DNA of 64,000 nucleotides, taken from NCBI RefSeq assembly GCF_038025025.1, contig NW_027117344.1, forward strand, positions 1,984,001-2,048,000. Reading direction: 5' to 3'. The notes below the pieces were generated by a model that was not told where the DNA came from, did no database searches, and saw only the letters and a list, made by a program, of their open reading frames with translations. Both the position numbers and the translations under genes were made by a program. This document shows positions 23,701-36,519 of this stretch, piece by piece. Position 1 is the stretch's first letter, and each line of letters starts with the position of its first letter. Source of the DNA: Phyllosticta citribraziliensis (lineage: Eukaryota).

Positions 23701-24938
23701 GTCAGCAAATTGCACCAGATCTTGAACCAGCAGAGAATGCTCACCTGCTGCCACGGTATTAATGTCCAACTGGGGACTCTGAATTGTGACCTCTGCAGTC
23801 GTACTCTCAAACACGTGCTCCAGAGACCCGCCATATCTCGAAACGTCGGTGCTCGTGCCGCCCATGTCGAAACCCAGCACCGGTGTGCCTTCTTGGGGAT
23901 CAAAGCAGGTCTTTGCGTAGCCGACAACACCACCCGCAGGCCCTGATAGGATTGCCCGCAACCCTGTAAACTCGGTAAAAGGGGTAAGTCCGCCGTCGGA
24001 TTGGGAAAGCAACAGCTTCTTTGCATTGGCGCCCGTCAGTGCCCCCTTGAAGCCTTTCCGAAAGCTGTCGAGGTACTCTGCTGTAATGGGCGAGAGATAG
24101 GCATCTGCGGTCGCCGATTGCGCTCTTGGTACAATCTTGATCATGGGCTGGAGTTGTGAGGAGAGGGCAACCTTGAAGCCCATTCGTTGTGCAATCTTTC
24201 CAACCGCCAACTCGTGCTCAGGAAACGTAAATGAGTGCATGAGGGCGACGGCAATACTCCTGTAGCCTTGGTCCCAAAGAGTCTGGAGATCCTTCTCGAC
24301 GGCTTCATAATCTGGCGTCTTCAAGACTCGAAGTGGCTCGCCCGTGAGTCCGCGGACGAGTTGGGGGTCAGAATCAATTTTAACAGATGCTGGCTCAGGG
24401 TCTTCGGAGAAGCCCTCGACAGTCACCCGTTCATCGACTTCGACAACGGTTTCATAAAGGCGGTCGAGCTTGCGCACCGAGAGATCAAAGAGGTGCGGGC
24501 GCGCTTGATTTCCAATGACGAGAAGGTCCCGGAAGCCTTGGGTGATGAGGAGGGCTACGCGCTCTCCCTTGCGTTCCAGCAATGCACTGCTAAAGTTAGT
24601 AGATTGTCGCCAGAAGATATCGGTCCAGCCTACTTTGTTGCCACAGTAGTGCCCATACGGATCGACTCGACTGGATCCAAATCTATGGGTTCCCCTCGAG
24701 GGATACTTTTGCCCGCGGCAATTTCCAGAATTTGACGGATTCCTTCGGTCGGCGCATCAGGATACTCTGACGAGACTGAAAGGAGTTTGAGGACAACATC
24801 TTCATTTCGTCCAGGAATACGTGCCCAGCTTTTGATGGTCAGTTTGAGTCAGCATGGTGTCGAGCACACTTACAAGTCACAAAAGGTTCCTCCTCGGTCA
24901 ATTGCTATCCGCACACCTTCCTGGGCAATAGAGGGCAT
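20751..24938 (-). CDS. OXP1: 5-oxoprolinase (ATP-hydrolysing), fused hydantoinase A/B family
   Basis: Motifs IAIDRGGTFCD, ILSGPAGGVVG, FDMGGTSTDVSRY, FGGAGGQHA, STNIKERLDYSCA, HPCAGGTHLPD, RGHHADIGG, YYETIAGGSGAG and TPGGGGWG. Introns 24829-24873, 24587-24633, 23692-23744, 22493-22537 and 21238-21284 restore one reading frame. The family is clear, but orthology to housekeeping OXP1 is not established. Confidence 0.93.
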
Positions 24939-25588
24939 GTTGGGTTATCGAAATGTTTTTCGAGCGGTCATTAAAGTTGGAGTGTCGGTGTCTTTATAGA
25001 TTGGTCTTGCAGGTCTGGAGGAATGGAGGGTGCTCCGCTGACGACTTGTATCTATGGAGCCCTCTTCGGCAAGAGGTCACGCAGCCCTCGAACCCCTCCT
25101 TGAAGACACGGGACGGGCTTTGATACAAAGCCGTTGCCCAATAGACCGCCATTGTCAGCATATCGCCATAGAAAGCTAGGTGTTTTGGTGGGAGAGCGGT
25201 CCGGTTGATCGCCTCAAGTTCCCGATACACGTGAAAGGCTTCGGCTGGATCGGCCGATAGCCGTAGTTGCCGACTAAGCTTCCAGTCCTGGTCAGTTTTG
25301 AAGCAACGCACTCTACTCCACTTCCCCAACTTTGAAGCTGCCCATGATGTGGAGAAGTCTGCTGAGTATCTTAGTGGTGATTGTTGAGCGTTCGATTCCT
25401 CATGACTCTCCCATGCTCGAAAGAAACAGCTCAATATGCTAATCTGCTCCGTTGAACCATTGCTTCCAAGCCACATCTGTGGTTTTGAACGATTGCTTCC
25501 TAAACGCGCAGCCATCGTGACGAACGGTGGTCCTCTGGGTCCGGCAGCAATAAACGGTTGGCAATTCTCCTCAGAAACCCCGTCATTC

Positions 25589-27010
25589 TTACTCAGTGTG
25601 CTTTTGTATCCACTCATCCTCTACCAGCTCCCGGGCAGAGCTGCGTTTCTCTGGCTCCCACTGCAGCATCTTACGCATCAAGCGCAAGAAACACTCCCTG
25701 TCTTCTCCTTCGAGGGATGTTTCCCTACGCTCGAGCGGTGTGGATTCTGGTATCGGGATTCCTGCGCAAAAGTCACCTGTAAAAATGCGCGGTCAACGAA
25801 CAGTAAAATTCCTGGATCAGCATCCTAAAAGCTAGGTGTGCAACTCACCAGCATCGTTAAAGAAATTGCTCTTCAGGTTCGCTCGGGCAAGCAAATTCGG
25901 CGGTGGAGGCCCGAGGAGGGCTATCATCTCAGCAAGATGAGCCCGTCCCCGATACAGGTTCAATTCGGGATCCTGGCCGGTGAACAGGTGCTCGCCTTCG
26001 AAGGCATCCCAGACCTGCGGATGGAAAGAGAGGTGTAAGCCAGAGCACAGTAATTCAAGGTATCAACACTTACCATGCACCCCACGTTCCATATGTCGAC
26101 GCTGTAAGTCCACGAGATGTCCAAGATGACTTCTGGCGCTCGATAGACATCCGGTTGAATATCTTCCCGATGCTCGGCTTCGTCATCCAGCGGCATCGCC
26201 GATCCAAGGTCACACAGCACAGGCGCACCAAAGTCTCTGGGCATATTCAACTTGCGGGAGAGGTAGATGATTTGCCCATCGAGTTGCTTCCTCGGGCTTG
26301 GCTCCTCCAGCTCCTCTCGTTCGAAAGTTTTGAGTACGGGACTATCTGCTCCGAGCAAGACGTTGGCCTCCTTGATGTCAGTATGCGCGACGTGGCACTC
26401 TGTGTGAAGAAAGTCCAGGGCCTGGAAGAGGCGCTTGAGCACAAAGGCCACGACCGGCTCCGGCAATCTCCTCACGGGGTTCCGATGCCTTATTTCAAGC
26501 AAACTCTCCCAGAGCGGTGGATGCACGAGGCATCGATGCCGCCCTTTGGGCCCGTCAACGTAAAACGAGTCTAGCAGCGAGCGGACGGCACTGCGGCCCG
26601 GGTGGTCCTTGGCTGCGGTCTCAATGCGCTTGTAAACGTCGAGCTCATTTTCCAGCTCACTCCCCGTGGACACGGAATGGATGAAGATCTTGAGGGCAAC
26701 GTGGCGACATTGGCTAGGAATGTGAATTGAGCGACAGGCCATGCAGGTAGGGAACCGATACTGACATGAGATCCCGTGCTAGCCACACGGTCGAGGTGAC
26801 TCCAAATCCCAGCTTCCCGACGATCTGGAAGCGGTCGCGAAGAATTTCACCGATCCGGACAGGATAGTATCGTGACGCGACGTAGTTTGGAACGGTCTCC
26901 TCTTCCACCTTCTGGTTTGCAGAAATGAGGAAGAAATCCTTGTTGGAAAAGGTGAGCGGTTTCCATGTGCGACTGAAAAGCGGCCTCCATGCGCGACGGA
27001 GAATCGACAT
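25589..27010 (-). CDS. SRPK-like (CMGC) Ser/Thr protein kinase of the fungal expanded family
   Basis: Motifs YYPVRIGE..KLGFGVTSTVWLARDL, HVALKI, HTDIKEAN, DLG, YRAPEVIL, VDIWNVG, HLAEMIALLGPPP and KMLQWEPEKR. Introns 26714-26765, 26015-26073 and 25777-25848 give an intact frame. Confidence 0.9.
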
Positions 27011-27679
27011 GGCAACAACTGTGTTAGGTGTGATGGCATCAAAAGTAGTGTTGCAATTGGTCGAAGGCTCAGTCGCAAAAGTCGTGGCGCGTACAATCCT
27101 ACGGTTGTGTAAGTTGGGGCGAATGCTCCCTAGACCTATTCTCCCACGGGCTTGAATGCTCTTGACTGACCTCAACCATCGTTGTGGCTACGACTTTTGC
27201 GATCAAGCCTTGGTCCAAGGGCAAAAGGCAGATTTTCGACCGTGCCCCTCTAGCCGATCCCCTGTGTAACAAATAAGCGCCAAAGCCGTTGCACGCTTCC
27301 CCAGCTTTCAAACTGTCTATGATGAGGAATGCTCCGGGTACGATGGTGGTTGAACGAATTCTCCGTGTTGTTCCCCGCAACTTGAGGACCTAGTCGTCCG
27401 AGGCACTGACGCAACTGACTCGGTGCATCTCCGAGACCGTGGTGGCTCCGAAGCTTGGATGGCTGGACTCTGCGGCGTGGACCTTCTCAAATGGAGCGTC
27501 TGCAATCTCTGGCTCATCCCAACATCACTATCAGCTGTGCCATCTATGCAGCTCCCAGGGTCTGCTGATAACATGAGGCTATAAGCATCGTGGCTCGTGA
27601 GTCTTGATTTCTTTTTCGCACCAACGGGTTTTTATCCGACGGTTGCAAATTCTGTCTTGTCCACGCCTGTGCAGCATCA

Positions 27680-29413
27680 ATGGCTTCACAGGAGGACGTT
27701 TTACAGAGTCCCAAGGGGAGTGAGACAGGGTCCAGGATCGTCGAGGCGGCCCACATCGACCCTGTCAAGGAAAGGAAGATGATGAGGAAGTTCGACGTAA
27801 GTTTGTCCTAGAGCAAGTCGTGCTTTTTCAAGTTGCGATTTCTAACTGAGTGACAGGTGTTTGCCGTCGGGTGCCTAGGCATACTGTACATGCTGGCCAA
27901 CCTAGACAGGTAAAGTGAACTTTTCGTACTGATTCTCGGACAGGAACGCGGTGTTTACACTCACCAGGAGCAACATTGGCAATGCCCGGATCGCAGGCAT
28001 GCCCGAGGACCTTGGTCTGGTTGGTAACCAATACGGTGATGCGGTGACTCTGCTCTATGCCACCTATGTGCCTCTTGAGGCGCCTGTTGCCGTTTTGCTC
28101 AAAATCATTGGTCCCAAACATTTGCTTTCGTTTTGCGCCGTTGCCTGGGGGCTAATCTGCCTCTGCACTGGGTTCATTCAAAATTGGCAAGGGTTGTATA
28201 CTTGCAGGTTGCTCCTGGGTCTTTTTGAAGCCGGCTTGATTCCTTGCATCAACGTCTACCTGGGCATGGTGTACAACAAGAATGAAAGAGGCAAGAGGTA
28301 CGAGGACCATTCAGCTGCGCAGGGGCAATGCTCACGCGTCCAGGTCGTCCGTCATTTTCGCATTTAGCGCCGTCGCGTCGGCATTTGGTGGAATCCTGGC
28401 GTACGGGTTGACCCAAATAAATACTTCGACCTACTTTACCTCGTGGAGAGCCCTCTTCATCTTTGAAGGGGCATTGACGCTCGCGTGCGCGCCTCTCTTC
28501 TTTTGGGTCTTTCCAAGCGCTCCGCGGACGGCCTGGTTCCTGGACGACGAAGAAAAGGAATTGATGAAGCTCCGCTACGAGCTCAACCCGTACTCTGGAA
28601 TCGACGAAGAGTTTACGTGGGCCGCCGTCATCGAAGCGCTGACCGATCCCAAGTGGTATGCGTTTTGGGTTTTCCAATTCTGCGTCGACGTCTCGCTGTA
28701 CGGCTTCACGACATTTCTGCCCTCCATCATCCAAGGGCTGGGCTACAGCTCGGTCAACGCCCAGCTGTTGACGGTGCCCATCTACTTTTGGGGGACGTGT
28801 ACGTTTCTCTTCACGGCGTACATGTCTGATCGGACGCAGAATCGAGGATATTGGATTGCTTGGCCAATCGCGTGCCTGATTATCGGTTACGCAATCCTCA
28901 TCTCAGTGGATTCGGTGGGGGTGCGATATTTTGCCTGTTTCAGTAAGCCAGCCACTGCCCCAGAGCGAAAAGAATAATCTGACAAGGGCGCGCAGTGGCG
29001 GTAATGGGCATCTATCCGACGACTGGCATGAGCATGATGTGGCTGCAGGATAACGCGGCTCAGCACTTTAAACGCGCCACCATGGTTGGCGGCGCGTTGA
29101 CGCTGGGAAATACGGCTGGAGTGGCCGTAGGCAAGTGGCCTGTGCCGGATTGGGGTGATTGTCCGCGATTGCTAACCGCATTGCAGGGCAGATCTTCACG
29201 ACAGAGTCGGGCCCACGCTTCATCAAGGGTCTGTCGATATCGCTGGGGTTGGCCGTGGTGGCGCTGGCCATGGTTGCGAGTCTGATGATTGGGATGGCGG
29301 CGGCCAACCGGCGGCGGGCAGTAGCGCTGCGCAAAGCGTCAGAGGCAGGGCGTCCGATCAGGCCACGCCCGGAGAAGGGCGACATGGATTTGCACTTTGT
29401 GTACGGATTGTAA
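27680..29413 (+). CDS. MFS transporter, anion:cation symporter (Dal5/Tna1-like) family
   Basis: Motifs ERKMMRKFD, LANLDRSNIGNARIAGM, RLLLGLFEAG, FGGILAYG, WRALFIFEG, FLPSIIQGLGYS..AQLLTVP, and a C-terminal GDMDLHFVYGL. Multiple introns, the last apparently GC-AG (29131-29186). Confidence 0.9.
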
Positions 29414-29718
29414 ATAAGGTGGAGGCAAGGATGCGGTGGTTGACGATACGGGGGCGGCGAAAGAGGAAATCCGGCGGAGCAGTTGGCCGGATGTCTTGTC
29501 GTCAAGTGTCGTGTCGCGGTGCGGGGAGGACCGAGAACCTCATCGTGAGCCACTCAGCTCCGTGATGACTCGGACGTATCAACTTCGGCATGCGCTATCG
29601 CCCTATCACGCACGCCCTGTTGATTGCGGAGAAGCTGCCCTGATGCGAGACGCCGCCGCTGCCTCTTTTTCTGCCATTCAACCAGAGTATAAGCCGTTCA
29701 AGTCCTGCAAACGCCGTC

Positions 29719-32283
29719 ATGGAGGCCCAGATCACCTGCAAAAAGACCAAGCAGCCCGCCAGAATGTGCAGCCCGGAAGAGGCCCAGGAACCGCCCACCA
29801 AGAAGCTGCGGAGGAGCTACGTCGCGTACGTTTCCCCAGACTCCGAAGTCGGACCCGTTGCTCAACACCAGCGACCAACAATTGCCTGGACCCTGTACTG
29901 ACTGCTCCAGCTGCCATCGCTGCCACTCGCACAAGATCAAATGCTCCGGCGAAAAGCCCTGCCGCAGCTGCAGCAAGTCCAACAACTCGGCCCATTGCGT
30001 CTACCCAGTCCGAGATCGGAAGGTTGTCATTTCTGAGAGGTTCGCCGCCAGCAATCCTCCGATTGGCAAACGCTGACCGTTCCAGCTATCTGAAGAAACT
30101 CGAACAAGAGAATGCCGCCTTCAAGCACAAGACCCCCTCGTCCACGGCCGACACACCCCCTAGTTCCGAGGATTCTAAGCCCCTCTCCCACCAAGATCCC
30201 GGCGAAGACACAGACGTCGACGTTGCCAGCGTAGATGTCGCCAATCCCCTGCTCGAGGATCATGCCAACCAGCGTCCAACTTCGTTTGACCGAATACCAA
30301 AACCCCTCTATCTCGGCGGCGCTGCGTGCACCGCCTTTGGCACTCGACTGCGCTACCATGTCAAGGGAGAAGACATGGCTCCGCCCCCACGTCGCGTCGT
30401 GTTTTACAAACACCGCGGACTGCTGCGCATCGCCAACACCGAGTTCCAATTGCCAAATAAAACTTATGCCCGGATGTTGGTGCAGGTTGTTTTGCGCTTC
30501 ATTGGCTCGGACTACCACCTCATCCAGAGAAAGAGCTTCATGAGGCGCCTGGACGAGACATATTCGGCCCAGACTCACAATGATCCTGTTTTTCTCTGCA
30601 GAGTCTTTGTCGTCTTTGCCCTCGGCGAGCTATACTCGAAAAAGACTGCCGTGGCAGGAAACAGGAGGTCGGTTCCCGGGACGTCATTCTTCTTGCAGGC
30701 CATGAACCTTTTTCAGGACTTGCACGAAGAAGCGGATGTCGACTACATTGAGACGTTGCTGGTCATGGTATGTGTAAATCAATTCAATATGGACGATGGA
30801 CAAAGCTGACTTCAAGCAGTCATTCTACTCGCATGCTCTCAACAGAAAGAACAGTGCTTACACCTACGCTGGTCTGGCTCTCCGTCTCAGCCTGACTCTT
30901 GGTCTCCATCGAAATATTACCTACGACAAGAACACTAGTGCAATTGAAATCGAGAACCGGCGGCGTGTTTGGTGGACCGTGTACACTTTTGACCGCCTTT
31001 GCAGCTCCAAACTTGGCCATCCGGTCATGATTAGGGACGAGGACATCGATGCGCCATATCCTTCCGTAGAGGGCTTGTCTCCGGAAGAGCGGGACGAGTT
31101 CCTGGATGTTGACCAGCTTTGTGCCAACATCAAACTCGCACAAATAACCGGCAACATCTTGAACCTCATATACTCCATCCCAGGAGCGCAACACGAGGTC
31201 AACTTCGTCCGGAACGTGCACAAAATCTTGACCAGCTTGAAGGAGTGGGATTCAACGTTGCCCCCTAGCTTGAGGCTAGATCACACAGCAACACCTCCCT
31301 ACAAGTCACGTTCTGTAGCCTCTCTACGGCTGCATTTTAATCAGGTAAGCTACACCCGACACCGTCAAACACTCCCGTCGCTAATTTTGCAGTGTATTAT
31401 GCTTACGACGCGTCCGATTCTCCTTTATGTTTTCAAATACCATGTTCGCCCTGCAGGAACAGCTTCTTCTCCTAACACCACTCGGCCCCTCTCGCCCATG
31501 ACCACCGCCCTGTCCGAGGCCTGCATTCACGCAGCCCGCAACTCGAACAAACTTCTCGCACAGCTCTGGATAGACGGAGCAATAGCCACCTTCGGCTACT
31601 TTGACGCGCACTACATCTTCAGCTCGACAATCGTGCTCCTCATGGCCAACATCCTCAACCCCTCGGAGAGCGACAAGGACGCCATTGACCTGGCGTGGTC
31701 ACTGCTGCAGTCCATGGCCGACGACGGCAACCTACCCGCCAGCGAGTACTGGGAGCGGCTGGCCTTGCTGCAAAAGGACCTCGACGACATGTGTGGCGTC
31801 AACAGTCCGTCGGATGACCCGAGCAGCGCCTCTCGTGGCAACGTCATGGCGGCCATGCAGACACCGCCGCAACGCAAGGCATTCGCACAACACGGCCTGA
31901 AGCTGGAATCGCACCTCTCGCCACCGCACACATCAGCTGGCCCGCAATCCAACGCGCTCGGCCAACAAGAAGCAGGCGCTTCCGGCACAGCGGCGGCTCC
32001 GGCAGTATCCACTCTGCTCAAGAGCTTGTCGGCGACCAACGCCGCCGCTGGCAACCCAGACGCACAAGCGGACGGCGCCGCAGCGGCAGCGTCACCAGCA
32101 GCGTACAGTCTCCTCGGCGAGGCAGCAGGAGCGCCGCTGGACGACCCGTACATTCAGGATTTCCTGACGCATCCGGATACGGAGTGGAGCCCGGGGACGC
32201 TGGGCATGGCGGGCGAGGGCTCGGTGCCGTGGGGCTTTGCGTGGGAGGCGGGGGAGCTGCAGGGAGGTTTTTCAAGGCTGTAG
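29719..32283 (+). CDS. Zn(II)2Cys6 transcription factor with a fungal TF middle-homology region (Put3-like architecture)
   Basis: Spliced RRSYVA|CHRCHSHKIKCSGEKPCRSCSKSNNSAHCVYPVRDRKVVISE|SYLKKLEQEN. Also YLGGAACTAF, ALRLSLTLGLHR and ENRRRVWWTVYTFDRLCSSKLGHP. Confidence 0.9.
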
Positions 32284-34336
32284 AAGCCAGCCTGCCGTTG
32301 TGATCTTTGTTGAATACGCATTTCTGGGAGGGATTAGCACCGAGGGAAAATCGCACCACAAGGAAAATGTTGAGCGTCAAAAGCTCAAAACAGCGAGAAG
32401 ATGAGAATGGGATGGCCATGTCCCGCATTATATACCTCGCTCTGGCATTGGCGTTAGTGGTGATGGTCCACATGCAGTCGGACCGGTGGTCGCGTTGCCG
32501 AATAATATAGACAGACCTACATGTATGATGTCGTTTCCATGCTGCAATTGATTCGTGTAGTGGAGGCCTCTCTGGCAACATGGTCCCGAGCCCCAACGAG
32601 GCCATGGTGTTATCGCACACATGATCTGAATGAGTAGCAGCCTTCCTGCCTGCCTTGCCGATCGACATGTTCGGCATCTTTGTGGCGGTTGGACAGGTCG
32701 CGTGCCGAGGGAGGGAGATGCGCTGCTGACGCGTGAGGATGGAGTTGGAGATTCATGCCAGTAAGTGGGAGGGTAAAGTGGATTCTGTGCGACTCAGACA
32801 GTGCGCATTCGAGCGTTCTCGCATCGATGGAGTGATAAGAAGCATTGAACCAACTGAGGAGCATTCAAGCTCCTAAGCTTTGAGTGAAGCGGCTATGGTT
32901 GGAGCATCAAACCTCGGTACCTTTGAAGCTTGGTGCACTCATCGGTGTCCTCCCCAGCCTGATAGCATGAAAGTGGAATGGTATCTTGCTGCGACTACGC
33001 TGCAGCGCGGGCCGATGTTTTGCATGGCCCAAACAATCTGCACCCAGCCCGCATCCACATGAAGAAATGCAGAGCATCAGACGGCGTCCGATTGCATGGC
33101 GTCGCGTTGCGTCATGCGTGCCTGAGCTGCCGTGGGCTGAGCTCCCTTGCTGACGTGCATTAGGTACCTCGATGTACCTGCAGCCTGACTTGACGACAGC
33201 CCACAGCTCTCTCCTAGCTCATCGATCGAGCAATGACAGCGACATGACTTGACCGGCGGCACCAAAACAAGATGGAGAACGGCGACGCGTAACGGTGGCC
33301 GTAAACAGGGGCGCAGCGTCGCCTTGGTAGGCCATCAGCTTGCTCGCACCTCGCAACTTGCTCGCAGCCAGACCATCAGTGGCGAGGAGCCGACAAGACC
33401 GAAATGGAAACACGTCGACGAGGGAGACGCTGCTGGTGCTGAGCTGGCCGCTGATCGTCACGTCAATGGGATAAGGGGGGTCCCTCGTAGGTAGGGCTGG
33501 CGGGCTGGGTTCGCCGGCCTCCGCTGGCTGGCCTCATGTTGCACCTCGCTGGCTTGCTGGCCTCTTGTCCACTGCGCATGTTCAGCACCCAGGGTGGCCG
33601 GTGTGAGAGTCTGGTGTTGGCGGTCAACCCAAAAAAGACAAGACTGCTTCGCGGCACGGGCTCCCCTGCTCATCAAGGGGGCAGAGTCAGTGCAGCTTGC
33701 TGGCGGCTGGGGTCTCTGAACGAATCATTCTGCCGTCGAAAAAGTGGTCGCAGGTCGCACGCGCAAGCAAGAGGAGATCAAGCAGATCAGGTTCCCCAAT
33801 GGCGTCAATGATGGTTTGGACGGTCGCGGCGTTCTGATGGCATGTTTTGGTCCAGGGCGAGCGTGGGGCAGACTGGCGGTGGGCAGGACGAGACGCTGCT
33901 GTGTGTTGTTTCATCAACAACACCCCCGCCACTTACCAGCCAGTGCCAGCCAGCGAGGCCAGCGCGAGCGGAACACGGCGGCGCGGCGGCCGTGACCATG
34001 ATCCGCTGGAGACTGGGGACTGAGTGGCCGGGGCGGGAGCTGATGATTTACTTGGCTGCTTGCTTCACCGCTGTTGTACCTTTTTTTTAATTCGTTCGTC
34101 ATCAGGATCCTCACCCCTCTTCTTTCTCCATATTTCCTGAACGCCGTCTTTTGTTCCAGAAGTTCAGTCTCTCATCTTTTTCTGCTCGTCAATCGCCCTT
34201 CAGTCGGAGCAATCGCGCCGTCTGTCTTCGTTTCTCGACCAAGCGACGATAGACTTTGTCGACTACGACGCACAAATCGGACCAACCATACGTACCGGCA
34301 CCCTCTCTCGCGACGACGGTCGTGGCAGTACCCACC

Positions 34337-36041
34337 ATGGCCTCATCTCACGACATTCCGCTTGTCGACCGCCTATGCGCCTTTGTTGCTGCGCTCCCCT
34401 TGCACCATCTCAACAAACCCGTTCCGCATTTTCTTCTCGACGTCCACGACGCCATGCTCCCGCACATCGAGACCGTGCAATTGCGCCTTGAAGAGCGAGG
34501 ATGGGCTTCCGTATCTCTCCCGCCATATCTTTCCACACTACAGGCGCGTCTGGCCATAACCGGGCTCGTCATCGCCTTGACCATCTTTTTGTTAGCGGCA
34601 GCGTTGCCGCGTGGGAAGAGCGGTAAAACACAGAAGCAAGAAAGCAACGTTGAACAAGAGGCGGTGGTGGAGGTGGAGACAGAAGAGGTGGTCGGGGAGG
34701 TTAGCGTCGAGAAGCAAGAAATCAGAGTTCAGGGAAAGGTTGAAGAGGTTGAAGTCGAGCGGGAGGAGACAGAGGTCGAGCTCGAGACCCAGCCCGTCCC
34801 AGCCAGCCCCAGGGCCGTCTCCGTCACATCGACCTCCATCGCCGCGGTTGTCGAGAAACCCATTGCTCCCGTGCCCGCCGACGCGGCCCCTGCCTCGCCC
34901 CCTTCTGCCCTCCCGACCACCACGCCAGGCAGCCCGGTTTCGCAAAAGACCCCTGCCAACGAAGTCGAAGTCGAACCGCGCAGCCCGCGCCCTGCGCCGC
35001 CAACTGCCAATCGCACCTCGCCCATCCGCACGCGTAGCTCCACGTCCTCGATCCCAATCCGCGTCCCGACGACGCCGGCGCGCTCCAGCTCATACCCCAC
35101 CGCCATCAACACGTCTGTCAACCACAGCAGGCATGTCAGCACCCCAATCGCACGCACGGCTACTTCGCCGACATCGCCCGCGTCCGCCAAGGTGGTCGCC
35201 GCGTCGTACGCGTGGGTCATGAGCGAGGGCCTGGAGTGGGACGACCGAGCTGGCAGCAGCGACGAGACGGGCGAGCACTCGGACAACTCGGCCTCGTACT
35301 CTGACGACGATGACGACGAGAAAGAGAAGGATAATTCGTCGCCCCGCTCGCGCCGCAGCCTCGAGGACGAGCTGCAGGCCGCAGGCTACGCGGGCGCCGA
35401 GCTGGACGGCGACGCCCAGTACAACTCGGACTCGGACAAGGACAACGACGAGGATGACGATGCCTCAGCCAACAAGGGCCACGCGCGCTCGGCGGTGCAG
35501 GACGACAAGAACAGCAGCAACGGCGCCCTGCACCCGCGCCGCCACAGCCACACGTCCGACATCGAAGCGCGGTACGAAGCGTGGAAGAAGACGCGCGCCG
35601 ACGGCGTCAGCAACGGCGGGAGCAGCAACAAGACGTCATCGTCGCCCATCGGCAGCGGCATCGGCGGCATCGGCGGCATCGCCAGTGGCATGGGCGGCAT
35701 CAGGAAGACGCGCTCGCACCACTCGCGCAAGGACAGTGTTCTGGAGTAAGTCTTGAGTGTAAACGCCCTTTTCCTTGGTTTCGCCCCGCGCACAACTGCT
35801 ACCGAAACTGGAGACTGACGAATCCCGTGTGGTGAGCAGGTCCCAGAACAACAGCCCTTCAAACACCGGCCGCAGCAGCTTGACCATGTCGACCCGGAGC
35901 ATGACGCGACATGCGCTGCAGCGCAAGCGGAGCAGCGCGTTGAAGCCGTGGGCACGCAAGCGAAAGGAGGATTTTGGAGAGTGGTTGAAAAAGAAGACTA
36001 CGAACGCGACGACAACGGGTGCATCTACGACGAAAGAATAG
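34337..36041 (+). CDS. Hypothetical single-pass membrane protein with long Glu/Val-, Pro/Ser/Thr- and Asp-rich low-complexity regions
   Basis: Long ORF with GC-rich codon use and one hydrophobic segment, LAITGLVIALTIFLLAAAL. A probable intron at 35746-35839 (GTAAGT..ACTGAC..CAG) extends the frame into ORF 35775..36041. Unspliced, it would stop at 35749. Confidence 0.6.
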
Positions 36042-36519
36042 GGGTAAGGGATGTTGATGATTTCATGTTTTCCATGTCTGTATGATTTGTCTCTCTCGCC
36101 TGTTCTTCTGTCCGAGTTTGGGAGTGTTGTACTATTTGTTCATGAGTTATGATTGGTACGCGTGTGGCCCTTGCAGTTCGAACGGAGGATATTTATGGGC
36201 GGTTGAGAATTAAGACCTACCGAGTTTGTACTGATGGTTGGGAGGATGTTGGACAAGAGAATTCAGGCGCAGTAGGTGGCAGGAAGAGGAGCATCTGTAA
36301 TGTCTCATTCAACACAGTCAAACAAAGCAAAAGACACCACATCGAGCACTTTCAAGTCAAGTCAAGATCAGTCAAAGGAGAATTGATTTCCGTTCCCACC
36401 CACCAAGCCTCTATTACTAGACGGATATCATGTCAGAGGGATAGACCCTGTTTCCATTCCCATTTGCCGTTCCCATTTCCCGTTCATGCATCGTCCATCG
36501 TAGCCGTAGTAGTCATCTT

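Noticed and set aside
25242..25263. Canonical Put3 site (CGG-N10-CCG) in cluster promoters
   Set aside because: The spacings I counted are N9 and N7 here and N8 at the aldolase, with no exact match.
25960..26020. Apparent premature stop suggesting a kinase pseudogene
   Set aside because: Removing intron 26015-26073 restores VWDAFEGEHLFTGQDPE and an intact C-lobe.
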